Of a stretch of 64,000 nucleotides of DNA, positions 1-10,453 are shown one piece after another. How positions within the stretch are numbered: the stretch's first letter is position 1; the number at the start of each line of letters is the position of its first letter. The stretch spans positions 3,267-67,266 of the IMG/VR virus record IMGVR_UViG_3300042353_000076. The stretch is one strand, 5' to 3'. The notes beneath the pieces were generated by a model, which was not told the origin of the DNA, made no database searches, and saw nothing but the letters and a program-made list of their open reading frames with translations. Source of the DNA: a virus. Made by a program: the position numbers and the translations under genes.

Positions 1-1
1 A

Positions 2-64
2 AACATTACAAACATGGAGTTCAAGGGTAAGTTTAAACAGAAATACACAACCATTGACACTTAA
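2..64 (+). CDS. C-terminal end of tail tubular/nozzle protein B (gp12-like), partial
   Basis: Frame 2 reads NITNMEFKGKFKQKYTTIDT*, resembling the gp12 C-terminus (NI..xEG.Y). It lies just before the tail fibre gene, and the gp12 N-terminal part is at the window end, implying a circularly permuted contig. Confidence 0.65.
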   Translation, partial: NITNMEFKGKFKQKYTTIDT

Positions 65-75
65 CGGAGACATAC

Positions 76-3000
76 ATGTCAACATATGACAATTTAAATA
101 TAGCACAAGCCACAATTATCTTTGATTCAAATGGCAATACATCAGTAGGAGCCGGAGAGTTTGACTTAAGTACTATGGCATTCTTACCGAATGTTCCTTT
201 AATTGATCAGATTGAAGTTGAAAGAGTATTTGATACGGGAGCTGATACTAAATTTGGTGAGAATATTTTTACAGTTGCAGATCGCAGAGAGATGTTTATC
301 TTCCCAAAAAATTGGTATACAATCAATGAACAAACTAAGATACTAAAGTTTGTGGATTTAGATACAATCCCAACTGGTAGTGGTTTAGTTCCCCCTGTTT
401 ATTATCCACTCTCTAGATCATATAAATTATTACTACAGATTACTGATGAAGACGATCCTGAATACGGGAATACATTATTTATAAATATTCCACCAGTTCT
501 AAATACTACTTTTGAAGGACCACCAGTAAGACAATACGATAAAGTTTATATTCGGCGTAAGACCCCTTCAATAAACAGCATTGTAACTTTTGCTCCCGGT
601 ACTCGGCTAACTACTACACAGTTAAACCTACAGTTTGATCAGTTAAAGTATATTGTACAAGAACTACTGGCTAAAGTTAAAAATGAAATCATTCTAAAGT
701 ATGATGAAAATGCAATAGATGGTCCATTCTTAGGTAACACCGATCTTAAAATGAATAACAATTTCATTAAAGATGCGGGTACTAAGCAAATTACTGAAAC
801 GCTGACAATGTTTACAGGGCTTGACAATATACCCTTTTCAGGCGGCTCAGTTACCCCGAATGTTTTAGCAGTTAATAATGCTGTAACTAAGGGTTCACTT
901 TATCGGACAGGATTAGTTGGTTCACCAGCATCTTTTACTGGTGACTTTACAACTAGACTTCCAGATTCTGCAACAGATTATAAGATTACAAACTTAGCTC
1001 CGGGTACTGCTTCAACAGATGCGGTTAATTTGAGTCAGCTAAATGATGCAAATAATTTAACTACAGGTACAGTGCATGTTGATCGGCTTCCTAGTAGTAT
1101 TCCTCTAGCTAAACTTTCGAGTGGTGTTGGACAAGTTTATACTTTACCACTAGAAAATTTACCAAGCACATTAAGTACAAATATTGGTACATATGGTAAG
1201 TCAGCACCCGGTAATACTGATAATATGGTATATGCAACAGTTAATAATAAGGGTATACTAAGTGCTTTGGGTCATCGAAGCATGACAGCCGATGATCTGC
1301 CTACTGTATCTGGTCTATCTGCTACAGCATATGGTGGCACAGGTAAACTACTTACCGTTACTCCAGATACTAAAGGTCGCATTGTTTCTATTAGCTCTGC
1401 TTCTATAGTCAATGCGGATCTTCCAACTAGTACAGTTTCGCTAGGTACTTATGGTTCTGATAATGCAACTAATGCACTAGCTAAATTTACTGTTGATAAT
1501 AAAGGTATTATAACCTCTGCTTCTCATAGAGCTATTGCAGTAGCTGATCTACCCACTACTGGCGTTACTCAAGCCAGTACCTATGGTAAAGCTACAGCTA
1601 CTAATACTAACAATATGTTACAGATTGCTTATGATACTACAGGCAGAGTAACTCTTGCTAGTCATAGAAATATGGGTCATGATGATCTTCCTGCTAATAT
1701 TCCACTAAGTAAACTAAGCCCTAATGAGAATCAGGGTTTTCTGTTACCTAAGGATGCTATTGAAAATGGTTCTATTGTAGTTGCCAAGCTAAACACAACT
1801 TTAACAGGTCAATCTCCTTTCCCAGTAAGCTTCATACCTTCAGGTATTATCCTTAGTAAGATTGATCCTGCAACTCCCGGTAACTTTAAGTTACCCGATG
1901 CTTGTTTAAATGACACTGCAGTTGTACCTAATGCTTATAGTGCTGATCCGATTAAAGATATTACAGTAGATGCTAAAGGAAGAATAACATCTATTAGCCA
2001 ACGAGCTATTGGTAGTGGTGATATTCCTGCGTTGGGTGCTTCGGCTATTAGTATTACTACTTCTCCATTTGTTGATGCATTAATTCCACCTTTAGCTGTC
2101 TCTTCACAAGGTAGTTATGGTAGTACCACTACTATCCCTACATTTACTGTTGATACTAAAGGACGAGTTACTGTGGCTGCAAACTCTGTAGCCCTATCAA
2201 CAGCACATATCAATAATTTTGAGACTAACACCAATACTCTTATTGATGGAAGAGCAATCTCGCATGCTGGTGGAGCATTCTACAACGCAGGTACTAAAAA
2301 GATTAGTAATGTAGTTAACCCAGAAGCCGCTCAAGATGTAGTCACCAAGAATTATTTAGAAGCCAATGCAATCTATGCTACTGGCTCTAATCTTAGTGCA
2401 GGAAATAAATTTCTTACTAATTTAATTATGCGTCCGAGTGGTGCTTTAGCAGCCAATGATGCAGTTAACTTTGGTTATATTGAAACTGCAATTTTAAACG
2501 CAGGTGGACAGCAACTAGTTGGTACTTCTGCTCCTCAGGTTTTCAAACAAACTTGGGCATCTGCTAATGCTATTTCAGCTAATACACCAGCTACTACAAG
2601 TTATATACGCTATCAGTTTAATTTTGTAGATCCTACAAATGTACTATATGCAACTAGTGCAACAATGATGCTAGTTGAAGGTACTGGTGGTACTAGAATC
2701 TTTACGCCTAATTTAGCTAATGCTACCGCGTCTGGTGCTAATGCTGTATATGATGGTTACTTCTGGTTAGACACTAGTGGTGGTGCAACTAAAGTATTAA
2801 ATGTGTATGTTAATGCTACGCCAACAGGCGATATTACTATTAGAAACTTTGGTTTATCTCGTATTGTTGCTGGTGGAACAGCCACCGAAAGCGCAACTGG
2901 TTTAGTTTCTATTGTTCCTGGAACTGAAGGGGGTATTAGTGTATCTGGTGCGGGTGCTGTTGCTCTCAGACCTGCTACTGATTCTCAAATTGGTGGGGTT

Positions 3001-5328
3001 AAAGTAAACACTAGTACCGGTGGTTTGAAAAATACCGCTGGTCTTATTGCAGTAGACCTAAGCGATAGTGTTAGTAGTGCAAGTACTATACTTGTAGCTA
3101 ATTCAAAAGCGGTTAAAACGGCTTATGATAAAGCAGTTGATGTTCAAACAAATTTAACTGCAACTAATAGCAGCCTAGCTACTACAAATAGTAATGTAAC
3201 TGCTGCTCAAAATACTGCTAGTGCTGCCTTGCCAAAGGCTGGCGGTACAATGACGGGTATGATTCAGTTAGCTGGTAGTACTACTACACTATCTCCTTTA
3301 CGGTTTGTTGGTGGTACTGCTCCGACATCGCCTACAGCAGGTGATGTTTGGTTTGAAAGTAACACACTTAAAATGCGTATTGGTGTTACAACTAAAGATA
3401 TAGCATTTACTGATTCTGCTCTTACTGGAACTGCAGCAACGGCAACTAAGTTAGCTAATGCATATGCTATTCAGTTAACTGGTCCGATTACGGGTTCAGT
3501 TAATTTTGATGGCTCTCAGGCAGTCAGTATTGCTACTACAGTAGCCACTAATGCAATTGCTCTGGGTACTAATACTACTGGAGATTATATTGCATCTGCT
3601 ACAGGTACTGATGGTGTTTCAGTTACTGGTAGTGGTGGTGAAGGTGCTGGTATCACTATTGCTAATACTGATAAGGGTAGTTCACAAGCTATCTTTAAAA
3701 CTATTACTCCATCTTCTGGAACATCTGTTACAGCTTCTTCAAACACAAGTGTATTAAACCTTAATGGTAGTGGTAATATTACAGTTACTGGTTCTGGTTC
3801 AACAATCACCATTGCTAATACTGCTACAGCTCCCCTTTCCTTTGGAACAATTCAAGTCACAGGAACAGCAGGACAATCATCAGTAGTAGCAAATACTTCA
3901 GCTGCAACTCTAACACTTAATGCTGGTACTGGTATGAGCATTACTACTGATGCTGGTACTGATATTATAACTCTGGCTAATACAGGTATTACTAGTATTA
4001 GTGGTACAGGTAGTCAAGTAAATGTAAGTGCTGGTGCTACTCCAACAATTAGTTTACCACAGAATATCCATAATGGTGCTTCTCCAACATTTGCTGGAGC
4101 CACACTTGGATCTGTTATTATTGCTGCTGGTGCGGCTAATACACTTACAACAGGCACTAATCTAGATTTAATTTTAGATCCTAATGGTAGTGGTAAAATT
4201 AGTTTGCTGGCTAATGTAGACTGTTCTTCTAATACATTAAATGCTCTGGGTGCTTGTACTTTAGGCACTGTTTTATCTGATGCTATTACAATGAGAACTA
4301 CTGGTGCCAAGCTTAAATTTGGTTCAGCAGTAGCTACTACTATTGAAGCTAGTGCTGGTGCTAGTGCTGGTGTTTATGCTGTTGGGGATATGATACTGAG
4401 AGTCCCAGCATCTGGTAAAGCATTCTTAATTGCCGATCCTACTGCTGTTCCTACTGCAGGAACTGCATTGATCACAAAGACAGCTTTAGATGCTGCAGTT
4501 ACCTCAGCTATTACTGGTGGTAGTTTAATGCCAACAGCTGGTACTGTACATATAGCCGCTCAGACATTAGGTTGCAGTAATGGCTCATTCAATATACAAA
4601 CAGGTACAACACCTGTGAATAGATTGACTATTGTTAACGGAGGGGCTGCTACTTTCACTGGTGCTCTAACAGTTACTGGTGGCACAACTTTAGATAGTAC
4701 ACTTGTAGTTAACAATACAACAACATTGAACCAAGCAGTTACGGTTAATAGTACCTATAATGTTACTTCTGCTAAGGAACCAACTACTGGTAATCATTTA
4801 GCTAATAAGACTTATGTTGATGGTGCTATAAATAGTATAAGTGATAATGTAGGTGACATAGTACTTAAAAAACTATTGATGCAATATCCTATAAGAACTT
4901 ATACAATAGCACCTTTAGTTGATTCTGGTACGGCAACAGTTCATAGTACCAGCGGGATGGCTGATGGTGTTCCAAAATATTTTGCAACTAGACACAGCCA
5001 AGGAAGTGGAAGATCTGTATCTGTTAATGTAGCTGCAGGACATTCGATTATACTTTTGTATTTTGCAACTTCAAGTGACACTTGGAGAACTAGCTTTAGT
5101 ACTTTGGGACGCACCATAACTAATTTTCTTAGAGATCCATCTCCCATTGCTACAATGCTAGCCTTTAGGACAAGTTCGACTGCTATGAGTACTACCGGCA
5201 CATTCCCTTTGGTTGAATATGGATCTATTTTAAATGGCGGCGTAACTGGCGCAACATTTACAATTTGTACTGGTACTTTAAGTAATCCGCATACAACTGA
5301 TCTTATTTTACTTAAAATTCCAAGTTAA
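76..5328 (+). CDS. Tail fibre protein (T7 gp17-like N-terminal attachment domain, long repetitive shaft)
   Basis: 1750 aa. IRRKTP...LTTTQLNLQFDQLKYIVQEL matches the T7 tail-fibre N-terminal pattern. Multiple TYG...TVDxKGRIT shaft repeats, KITNLAPGT..DAVN motifs and T/G/A/S-rich composition. GGAG RBS at 66-69. Confidence 0.85.
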   Translation: MSTYDNLNIAQATIIFDSNGNTSVGAGEFDLSTMAFLPNVPLIDQIEVERVFDTGADTKFGENIFTVADRREMFIFPKNWYTINEQTKILKFVDLDTIPTGSGLVPPVYYPLSRSYKLLLQITDEDDPEYGNTLFINIPPVLNTTFEGPPVRQYDKVYIRRKTPSINSIVTFAPGTRLTTTQLNLQFDQLKYIVQELLAKVKNEIILKYDENAIDGPFLGNTDLKMNNNFIKDAGTKQITETLTMFTGLDNIPFSGGSVTPNVLAVNNAVTKGSLYRTGLVGSPASFTGDFTTRLPDSATDYKITNLAPGTASTDAVNLSQLNDANNLTTGTVHVDRLPSSIPLAKLSSGVGQVYTLPLENLPSTLSTNIGTYGKSAPGNTDNMVYATVNNKGILSALGHRSMTADDLPTVSGLSATAYGGTGKLLTVTPDTKGRIVSISSASIVNADLPTSTVSLGTYGSDNATNALAKFTVDNKGIITSASHRAIAVADLPTTGVTQASTYGKATATNTNNMLQIAYDTTGRVTLASHRNMGHDDLPANIPLSKLSPNENQGFLLPKDAIENGSIVVAKLNTTLTGQSPFPVSFIPSGIILSKIDPATPGNFKLPDACLNDTAVVPNAYSADPIKDITVDAKGRITSISQRAIGSGDIPALGASAISITTSPFVDALIPPLAVSSQGSYGSTTTIPTFTVDTKGRVTVAANSVALSTAHINNFETNTNTLIDGRAISHAGGAFYNAGTKKISNVVNPEAAQDVVTKNYLEANAIYATGSNLSAGNKFLTNLIMRPSGALAANDAVNFGYIETAILNAGGQQLVGTSAPQVFKQTWASANAISANTPATTSYIRYQFNFVDPTNVLYATSATMMLVEGTGGTRIFTPNLANATASGANAVYDGYFWLDTSGGATKVLNVYVNATPTGDITIRNFGLSRIVAGGTATESATGLVSIVPGTEGGISVSGAGAVALRPATDSQIGGVKVNTSTGGLKNTAGLIAVDLSDSVSSASTILVANSKAVKTAYDKAVDVQTNLTATNSSLATTNSNVTAAQNTASAALPKAGGTMTGMIQLAGSTTTLSPLRFVGGTAPTSPTAGDVWFESNTLKMRIGVTTKDIAFTDSALTGTAATATKLANAYAIQLTGPITGSVNFDGSQAVSIATTVATNAIALGTNTTGDYIASATGTDGVSVTGSGGEGAGITIANTDKGSSQAIFKTITPSSGTSVTASSNTSVLNLNGSGNITVTGSGSTITIANTATAPLSFGTIQVTGTAGQSSVVANTSAATLTLNAGTGMSITTDAGTDIITLANTGITSISGTGSQVNVSAGATPTISLPQNIHNGASPTFAGATLGSVIIAAGAANTLTTGTNLDLILDPNGSGKISLLANVDCSSNTLNALGACTLGTVLSDAITMRTTGAKLKFGSAVATTIEASAGASAGVYAVGDMILRVPASGKAFLIADPTAVPTAGTALITKTALDAAVTSAITGGSLMPTAGTVHIAAQTLGCSNGSFNIQTGTTPVNRLTIVNGGAATFTGALTVTGGTTLDSTLVVNNTTTLNQAVTVNSTYNVTSAKEPTTGNHLANKTYVDGAINSISDNVGDIVLKKLLMQYPIRTYTIAPLVDSGTATVHSTSGMADGVPKYFATRHSQGSGRSVSVNVAAGHSIILLYFATSSDTWRTSFSTLGRTITNFLRDPSPIATMLAFRTSSTAMSTTGTFPLVEYGSILNGGVTGATFTICTGTLSNPHTTDLILLKIPS

Positions 5329-5337
5329 GGATTTCCC

Positions 5338-5592
5338 ATGAATGAGAATAACATTGGTATCTATGTTTCGGTATTGCAATTAGCTATTCTCACCATTGGG
5401 GTAGTTACTGTTATTATACGCCTAGGCAAAAGGGAGGCTCAAATCGACAACAGCATGGCAGAACTTCTTCTATTAAAAGACATAACTAGAGATCTAGTTA
5501 AGACTGACATTGAATTAGGAAAGAACATGGTGGCTGTAATGGTTGAGTTGAAGGAACTACGGTATCGCATTGAGATGCTAGAAAGGGATTAA
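5338..5592 (+). CDS. Putative holin-like membrane protein
   Basis: 84 aa. One N-terminal hydrophobic helix (IGIYVSVLQLAILTIGVVTVII) then a coiled-coil. Sits between tail fibre and terminase, the T7 gp17.5 position. Confidence 0.5.
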   Translation: MNENNIGIYVSVLQLAILTIGVVTVIIRLGKREAQIDNSMAELLLLKDITRDLVKTDIELGKNMVAVMVELKELRYRIEMLERD

Positions 5593-6062
5593 TGCGTAAG
5601 ATATTCTTACTAGTTTTTCTTACAGGGTGTTCATCTGTTAATGAGATATCCACAAGCACTTATAAGATTCAAACAAATGCTTTACAGATATTAAATACAA
5701 ATGACATCGTAGTCGCCCACAAACATGCCCGTAATATCCTTGGTGAATCTGAGGATATTGCTGGTGTCTTAGGTAACATTAAAGACAGTACCCCTTGGTG
5801 GGCAGACCTACTTAGCTACGGCTTTATTGCTTTAGCTATATTAGGTGTATGTGTACTCTTGTGGTACACAGGAATTGGTACATTAATTAAGAAGGTAGTA
5901 TATTCTCTTGGGTTGTTTATCCCAGAGAAGAAGATTCAACAAGCTAAGTTGCTTGCTGAAGCCAAGGACGAATCAGATCCTACTACCATTAGAGAAGCAA
6001 TCGCAGCATTCAGAGCAGGAGATCCTGCCTTCGATGCTGCATATAAGAAAGTACAAGGATAA
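5592..6062 (+). CDS. Lipoprotein with internal TM helix; putative unimolecular spanin-like protein
   Basis: MRKIFLLVFLTG-C lipobox, ~55-aa spacer, TM segment LLSYGFIALAILGVCVLLW, then a soluble tail; lysis-cassette position. Confidence 0.5.
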   Translation: MRKIFLLVFLTGCSSVNEISTSTYKIQTNALQILNTNDIVVAHKHARNILGESEDIAGVLGNIKDSTPWWADLLSYGFIALAILGVCVLLWYTGIGTLIKKVVYSLGLFIPEKKIQQAKLLAEAKDESDPTTIREAIAAFRAGDPAFDAAYKKVQG

Positions 6063-6066
6063 TATT

Positions 6067-6180
6067 ATGGCATCATTTATTGGTTCAATTTGGTTTGCAT
6101 GTCTTCTTTGCGTGGTTGGCTATATTGCTGGATCAGTCGTTCCAGTGAGCAAGCTGCCTGAGCTGTTCAAGAAGAAGTGA
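6067..6180 (+). CDS. Small single-TM membrane protein
   Basis: 37 aa MASFIGSIWFACLLCVVGYIAGSVVPVSKLPELFKKK. ATG at 6067 after AAGGA; stop overlaps the next start (GTGA). Confidence 0.55.
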   Translation: MASFIGSIWFACLLCVVGYIAGSVVPVSKLPELFKKK

Positions 6181-6401
6181 ATAAAGAACTTATCACTCAA
6201 TTAAATGCTCGTCTTATTGAGCGTCTTCTAGACGATCTTCAGGACGATACAAAGAGTACCCCCGGTCTGTACCAAGTCATTCGTGGCGTGGTCAACGACA
6301 ACCGGGAAGCTCTAGATGGTATCCCTACGACCTCCCTTGACACCCTAGAGGTGGCAATGAAGGCTAAGATGCCATTCAAATTTAAGTCTACCCAGATTTA
6401 A
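6177..6401 (+). CDS. Putative terminase small subunit (gp18-like)
   Basis: 74-aa helical protein directly upstream of the large terminase; L...L++DL.....TP..YQ.I...+.DN pattern as in T7 gp18. Confidence 0.65.
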   Translation: MNKELITQLNARLIERLLDDLQDDTKSTPGLYQVIRGVVNDNREALDGIPTTSLDTLEVAMKAKMPFKFKSTQI

Positions 6402-6407
6402 CACAAC

Positions 6408-6439
6408 GGTTCCTAGGGGCAGGAATGCCCTTAGGAACC
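6408..6439 (+). terminator. Stable hairpin (14-bp stem, GGAA tetraloop) between terminase genes; terminator or processing site
   Basis: GGTTCCTAGGGGCA-GGAA-TGCCCTTAGGAACC followed by ATTTG; the U-tract is weak. Confidence 0.45.
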
Positions 6440-6524
6440 ATTTGATTGTACTTGGGCTAGCAAGATAGCCCATTGACTGAGAAACCGTTTATAGCCCCTG
6501 CTAGGGGGTTTAGAAAGGAAGCCC

Positions 6525-8210
6525 ATGAAAGCTCCCCCAGAAGTCCTAGAAGACTTTAGAAACCATCTTTACTTTTGTTTCAAGTACCTAGGCTTGGGTC
6601 AACCTACCCCTAAGCAGTATGCTATGGCACATCGGCTCCAAGTAGGAACCAAGGATATGCTCCTACAGGCAGGGCGTGGTGACGGCAAGTCTGTAATCAT
6701 GGCATGCTATGTCTCATGGTTACTCTTGTTGAATCACAATACTACAATACTTGTATTATCAGCAGGGGCTGACCGGGCTATTAAGTTTGTGTTCCAGACC
6801 AGAGCTATCCTAACTCAGGTTCCTTACATGAAGGATCTTGAGCCATTAGAGAATGACAAGGACAGTGCCTTTGGTTTTAATGTACATACCCGTACCCAGT
6901 TCGGACAGGATCTGTCAGTAACTGCTAAGGGTATTACCTCACAGATCACAGGTCTACATGCTGATCAGATCATTGGTGATGATGTTGAGATTGTAGAAAA
7001 CTCTGACTCCCCTCAGGCTAGAGAGAAACTCTGGGAGAGATGCTTGGAGTTAGAGAATGTAGTAAATAAAGTTGATGTGGCTAGTATCCGATTCTTGGGT
7101 ACACCACAATCTAAAGACTCTGTATATAATAAATTAGGTGGGATTTACCCCACCGTTAAGTTTCCGGCTGTCATGCCAGACTTAACTAACCCCGAAGAGA
7201 TAGAAAATGTTGATGAATATATTCTTGGTCTGGGCTTTGAGCCGGGAGAATCGACTCAGCCTGAAAGATTTCCCACAGAAAAGCTTGCTGAAATTGAAGC
7301 GAAGATTGGTCCGACCAACTTTGACTTACACTACAAGCTTAAGACATCGACTTCAGATGTCAAAAGATACCCCCTTAGATTAGAAGATTTGATTGTATTG
7401 GATGTAGATCCACAGGTCTTCCCAGTCAAGGTAGTTCATGCTAAGAGTGTAGTCAATAAAAGAGTCTCTTCATTTGGTATGAAGGGTGATCTTGTTTATG
7501 AGCCTATGCATATTGAACCAGCCTTTGCTCCCTATAATCAGACAATCTTATTTATAGATCCCTCTGGTCGTGGCGCAGATGAGACAGCCCTATGTGTGGC
7601 TTCCTTTGCTCATGGTTATATTGTAGTACATGAACTGACAGGAATCCAAGGGGGATACGATAGTGTTACCCTGATGAAGATCTGTAAGCTTATCAATCAG
7701 TATAAGATTAACCTTGTTAAGTATGAGTCTAACTATGGTGATGGTATGTTCGGTAAGATTATCCAGCCTGTCATTGCACAGAGTTGTGGGCAGATTGGAA
7801 TTGAAGAGTACAAGGTTACAGGCTCTAAAGAGAATAGAATCTTAAGTACACTTGAGCCAATCATGGCACAACACCGTCTTGTATTTGATGTTGGAGTTAT
7901 TCAAGACAAAGAGAATCAGATGCAGATCACTCGACTACAGAACAAGCGTGGTGCTCTTAAGCATGATGACCGTGTTGATGTACTGAGTGCTGCTGTGTCC
8001 CATTGGGTTAATGCTTTGGCTATTGATCCAGATAGAGAATTGATTTACAAACAACAGGAAGACTACAAGAATCAGATTAAAGATTGGATGGGAAACAAAA
8101 GAGTACTGGGTCTTCTAGGTGATAGAATCTCCGGTGCTGTTTTGTTAAATGGAAAAGATATTCCAAAGGGTAAGTTCGGTAAATCTATATTAAAAAGAAA
8201 TCGTCCATGA
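6525..8210 (+). CDS. terL: Terminase large subunit (gp19-like)
   Basis: 561 aa. LQAGRGDGKS Walker A, ITGLHADQIIGDDVE Walker B region, FLGTPQ coupling motif, IDPSGRGADET and HDDRVDVL nuclease motifs typical of T7 gp19. Confidence 0.95.
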   Translation: MKAPPEVLEDFRNHLYFCFKYLGLGQPTPKQYAMAHRLQVGTKDMLLQAGRGDGKSVIMACYVSWLLLLNHNTTILVLSAGADRAIKFVFQTRAILTQVPYMKDLEPLENDKDSAFGFNVHTRTQFGQDLSVTAKGITSQITGLHADQIIGDDVEIVENSDSPQAREKLWERCLELENVVNKVDVASIRFLGTPQSKDSVYNKLGGIYPTVKFPAVMPDLTNPEEIENVDEYILGLGFEPGESTQPERFPTEKLAEIEAKIGPTNFDLHYKLKTSTSDVKRYPLRLEDLIVLDVDPQVFPVKVVHAKSVVNKRVSSFGMKGDLVYEPMHIEPAFAPYNQTILFIDPSGRGADETALCVASFAHGYIVVHELTGIQGGYDSVTLMKICKLINQYKINLVKYESNYGDGMFGKIIQPVIAQSCGQIGIEEYKVTGSKENRILSTLEPIMAQHRLVFDVGVIQDKENQMQITRLQNKRGALKHDDRVDVLSAAVSHWVNALAIDPDRELIYKQQEDYKNQIKDWMGNKRVLGLLGDRISGAVLLNGKDIPKGKFGKSILKRNRP

Positions 8211-8704
8211 GTATATCTGTTGTGACAGGTATTGGTCCCCGTACTGGTACTTCATTTGTAATGCAAAGTGCTAAGAAGGCAGGACTCCCCATCATAGGGG
8301 AGGCATTCAATAACATAGTTGTTCCCAAACACAACCCTGAGGGCTACTGGGAAACAAACACACTTAATCCCAAAGAACTTAATAACCATATTGTTAAACT
8401 TTGGTATCCTAATTTAATCACCATTAACACAAACAGAATATCTCGTATTGTTGTCTTAGAAAGAAAAGATAAGCTGGCTCAGATGTATAGTATATATAAA
8501 GTCTTTAAAGACGAGTGTGAACTACATCCCGTCTTTCTTGATCTGATCAACCCAGTGGATATATTCTACGAGCATGCTACTTATTTAAATGAGTGGCTCA
8601 ATAAACAAAATCAAAATAAAATAATGCGGGTAAATACTGAGGATCTTACAGATTCAATACCAGATATCTTATCCTTCTTAGAAAGAGGACTCAAATGGGA
8701 GTAG
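8207..8704 (+). CDS. Sulfotransferase-like P-loop protein
   Basis: VVTGIGPRTGTSFVMQ resembles the 5'-PSB loop (G.PRSGTS). NPEGYWE, VKLW and VLERKDKLAQMYS (3'-PB-like R...S) follow. Confidence 0.65.
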   Translation: MSISVVTGIGPRTGTSFVMQSAKKAGLPIIGEAFNNIVVPKHNPEGYWETNTLNPKELNNHIVKLWYPNLITINTNRISRIVVLERKDKLAQMYSIYKVFKDECELHPVFLDLINPVDIFYEHATYLNEWLNKQNQNKIMRVNTEDLTDSIPDILSFLERGLKWE

Positions 8705-9411
8705 TAGCAGCAGGAGCAATGGGAGCAATGGCTTTGGCTTCAGGTGTTATGGGTGCATTAGGTTCAGCTAGCCAAGCTGACGCAGCAGCACAGGCAGCAG
8801 AAATCCAGCAAAGGAATGCAAACTTTCAGAACCAATGGGCAAAGGCAACGCAAGACAGAAATGTTATGCGTGAGTTTCAAGCCAATCTTCAGCGTAGTAC
8901 TCAGATTGAAAAGGGTGCTGCAACTGAACGAGCATTAGCAGAGTACTATTTAGACAAGTCATTCTCAAATCAAAAGAGTACACTAAGCAAGCAAACCTCA
9001 CAGGTCAATGCACAGTTCATTTCTTCAATGACAAGCCGTGGTATCACTGCAAACAGTGGAACGGCTAGAGCTATGCTTCGTCAAAACATTGAAGCCTTAG
9101 GTAGCAACATGGTAGCCCTTAAGCTAAACCATCGTAGTGCCTATCAGGATATTATTACACAACAGCAAACAAGACTAGGACAGCGAGGCAATGCCTTTGC
9201 TCCAGACCTTGGAGTATTTATTCCATCTAAGGGTGGTATTGCTAACAACTCCTCAACTGCATTAACCACTGGTTTAATTCAGGCTGGTCTGTCGGGAGCA
9301 TCTGTTGGTATTCAAGCAGGTATTCAATATACTACTAAACCCGGAACTACACCAAGTAGTGGTGGTAGCTTTATGCCTTTTGCAGGAAGACTAGGATTAC
9401 CTAATGGCTAA
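8695..9411 (+). CDS. Internal virion protein (gp14-like)
   Basis: 238 aa. Hydrophobic G/A-rich N-terminus, Q/A-rich helical middle, RGITANSG motif similar to the GV.G.S motif of gp14; first gene of the core-protein block. Confidence 0.7.
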   Translation: MGVVAAGAMGAMALASGVMGALGSASQADAAAQAAEIQQRNANFQNQWAKATQDRNVMREFQANLQRSTQIEKGAATERALAEYYLDKSFSNQKSTLSKQTSQVNAQFISSMTSRGITANSGTARAMLRQNIEALGSNMVALKLNHRSAYQDIITQQQTRLGQRGNAFAPDLGVFIPSKGGIANNSSTALTTGLIQAGLSGASVGIQAGIQYTTKPGTTPSSGGSFMPFAGRLGLPNG

Positions 9412-10453
9412 AAAAGATTTATACTCTTCATTGCAAAAGATTGCAACTGAAACAAACACCAATGCCGTTGATGCAGTTAACACTGAAGAGATGATTGACA
9501 AGCAAGACATTGCTAAGATTAATCAGATCACAGAGTTAGCTACTAAGATGTATCCTACTAACGCACAGAACAGATTCAATTACTGGAAGAATAATAATTC
9601 CCTCGACAGTCTTTCCAACACAAGTAGAAATTACTTCTGGAAAGAATACGAGAAGATGCATCCATCTGGTAAGGATGGGGCAGTCAGTGACTTTATCAAC
9701 ACCAGTCTCATTGAGTTAAACAATATTAGTGGAGTCTCCAGTAAGGAGTTTTTCCTACGAGATCGTATGGCTAACTCCCCTGAGTGGGCAAGATCAGCCC
9801 TCGCTCCGGAGTTAGCTAAACTATCAACTGTAGTGGCTACGGCTAACTTCAGTAAGGCTAGTCAGGTCTACTCCAATTCATTGAGTGGTAAGGTTAATCA
9901 ATTCCTTATGAAGAATGAACTAGACCCTGATGTATCTACTGATCAACATTCCGCTGACTTTATGAAGCTAGAACAAATGAACTTGTTTGATGTAGCCTCT
10001 GTAGTTAATGGTCGTATTGGTATCTACAATCAGAATGGAACCTTTATCCCAAGCTTTGGTCTACAGGATCGTAAGCAAGCTTTACCAAATGATGCTTATG
10101 GTGCTCCTTCGTTTGCTGAGCAAGTCTTAGTTAAAGACACAGCAACACAGCCAATCAAGGAAGCCATTGAGAATAAGATCTATTCCCAACGCAGTGTTAT
10201 CTCTAGACAAGAGAAGCAATCTGCAATGGAAGTCTCTAAGCTTTTAGAGTCAGGTCATTATAACATTGATAGATGGAATGAAGCCTTTGCAGTTAACCCA
10301 GAGTCTTCCGCTAAAGACCAAGTATATCGTGGTCTTCGTGGGGAGATTGCAGCTGGTAGAATTAAAACAACAAAAGAACTAACCGAAAGTATTTATACAG
10401 CTATGTCTAAGTACCCTAATATGTTTGGAGATACAACCAATGCCAGCACCTGA
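9404..10453 (+). CDS. Hypothetical protein, probable additional internal virion protein
   Basis: 349-aa ORF overlapping both neighbours, between the gp14-like and gp15-like genes; no recognisable motif. Confidence 0.55.
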   Translation: MAKKDLYSSLQKIATETNTNAVDAVNTEEMIDKQDIAKINQITELATKMYPTNAQNRFNYWKNNNSLDSLSNTSRNYFWKEYEKMHPSGKDGAVSDFINTSLIELNNISGVSSKEFFLRDRMANSPEWARSALAPELAKLSTVVATANFSKASQVYSNSLSGKVNQFLMKNELDPDVSTDQHSADFMKLEQMNLFDVASVVNGRIGIYNQNGTFIPSFGLQDRKQALPNDAYGAPSFAEQVLVKDTATQPIKEAIENKIYSQRSVISRQEKQSAMEVSKLLESGHYNIDRWNEAFAVNPESSAKDQVYRGLRGEIAAGRIKTTKELTESIYTAMSKYPNMFGDTTNAST

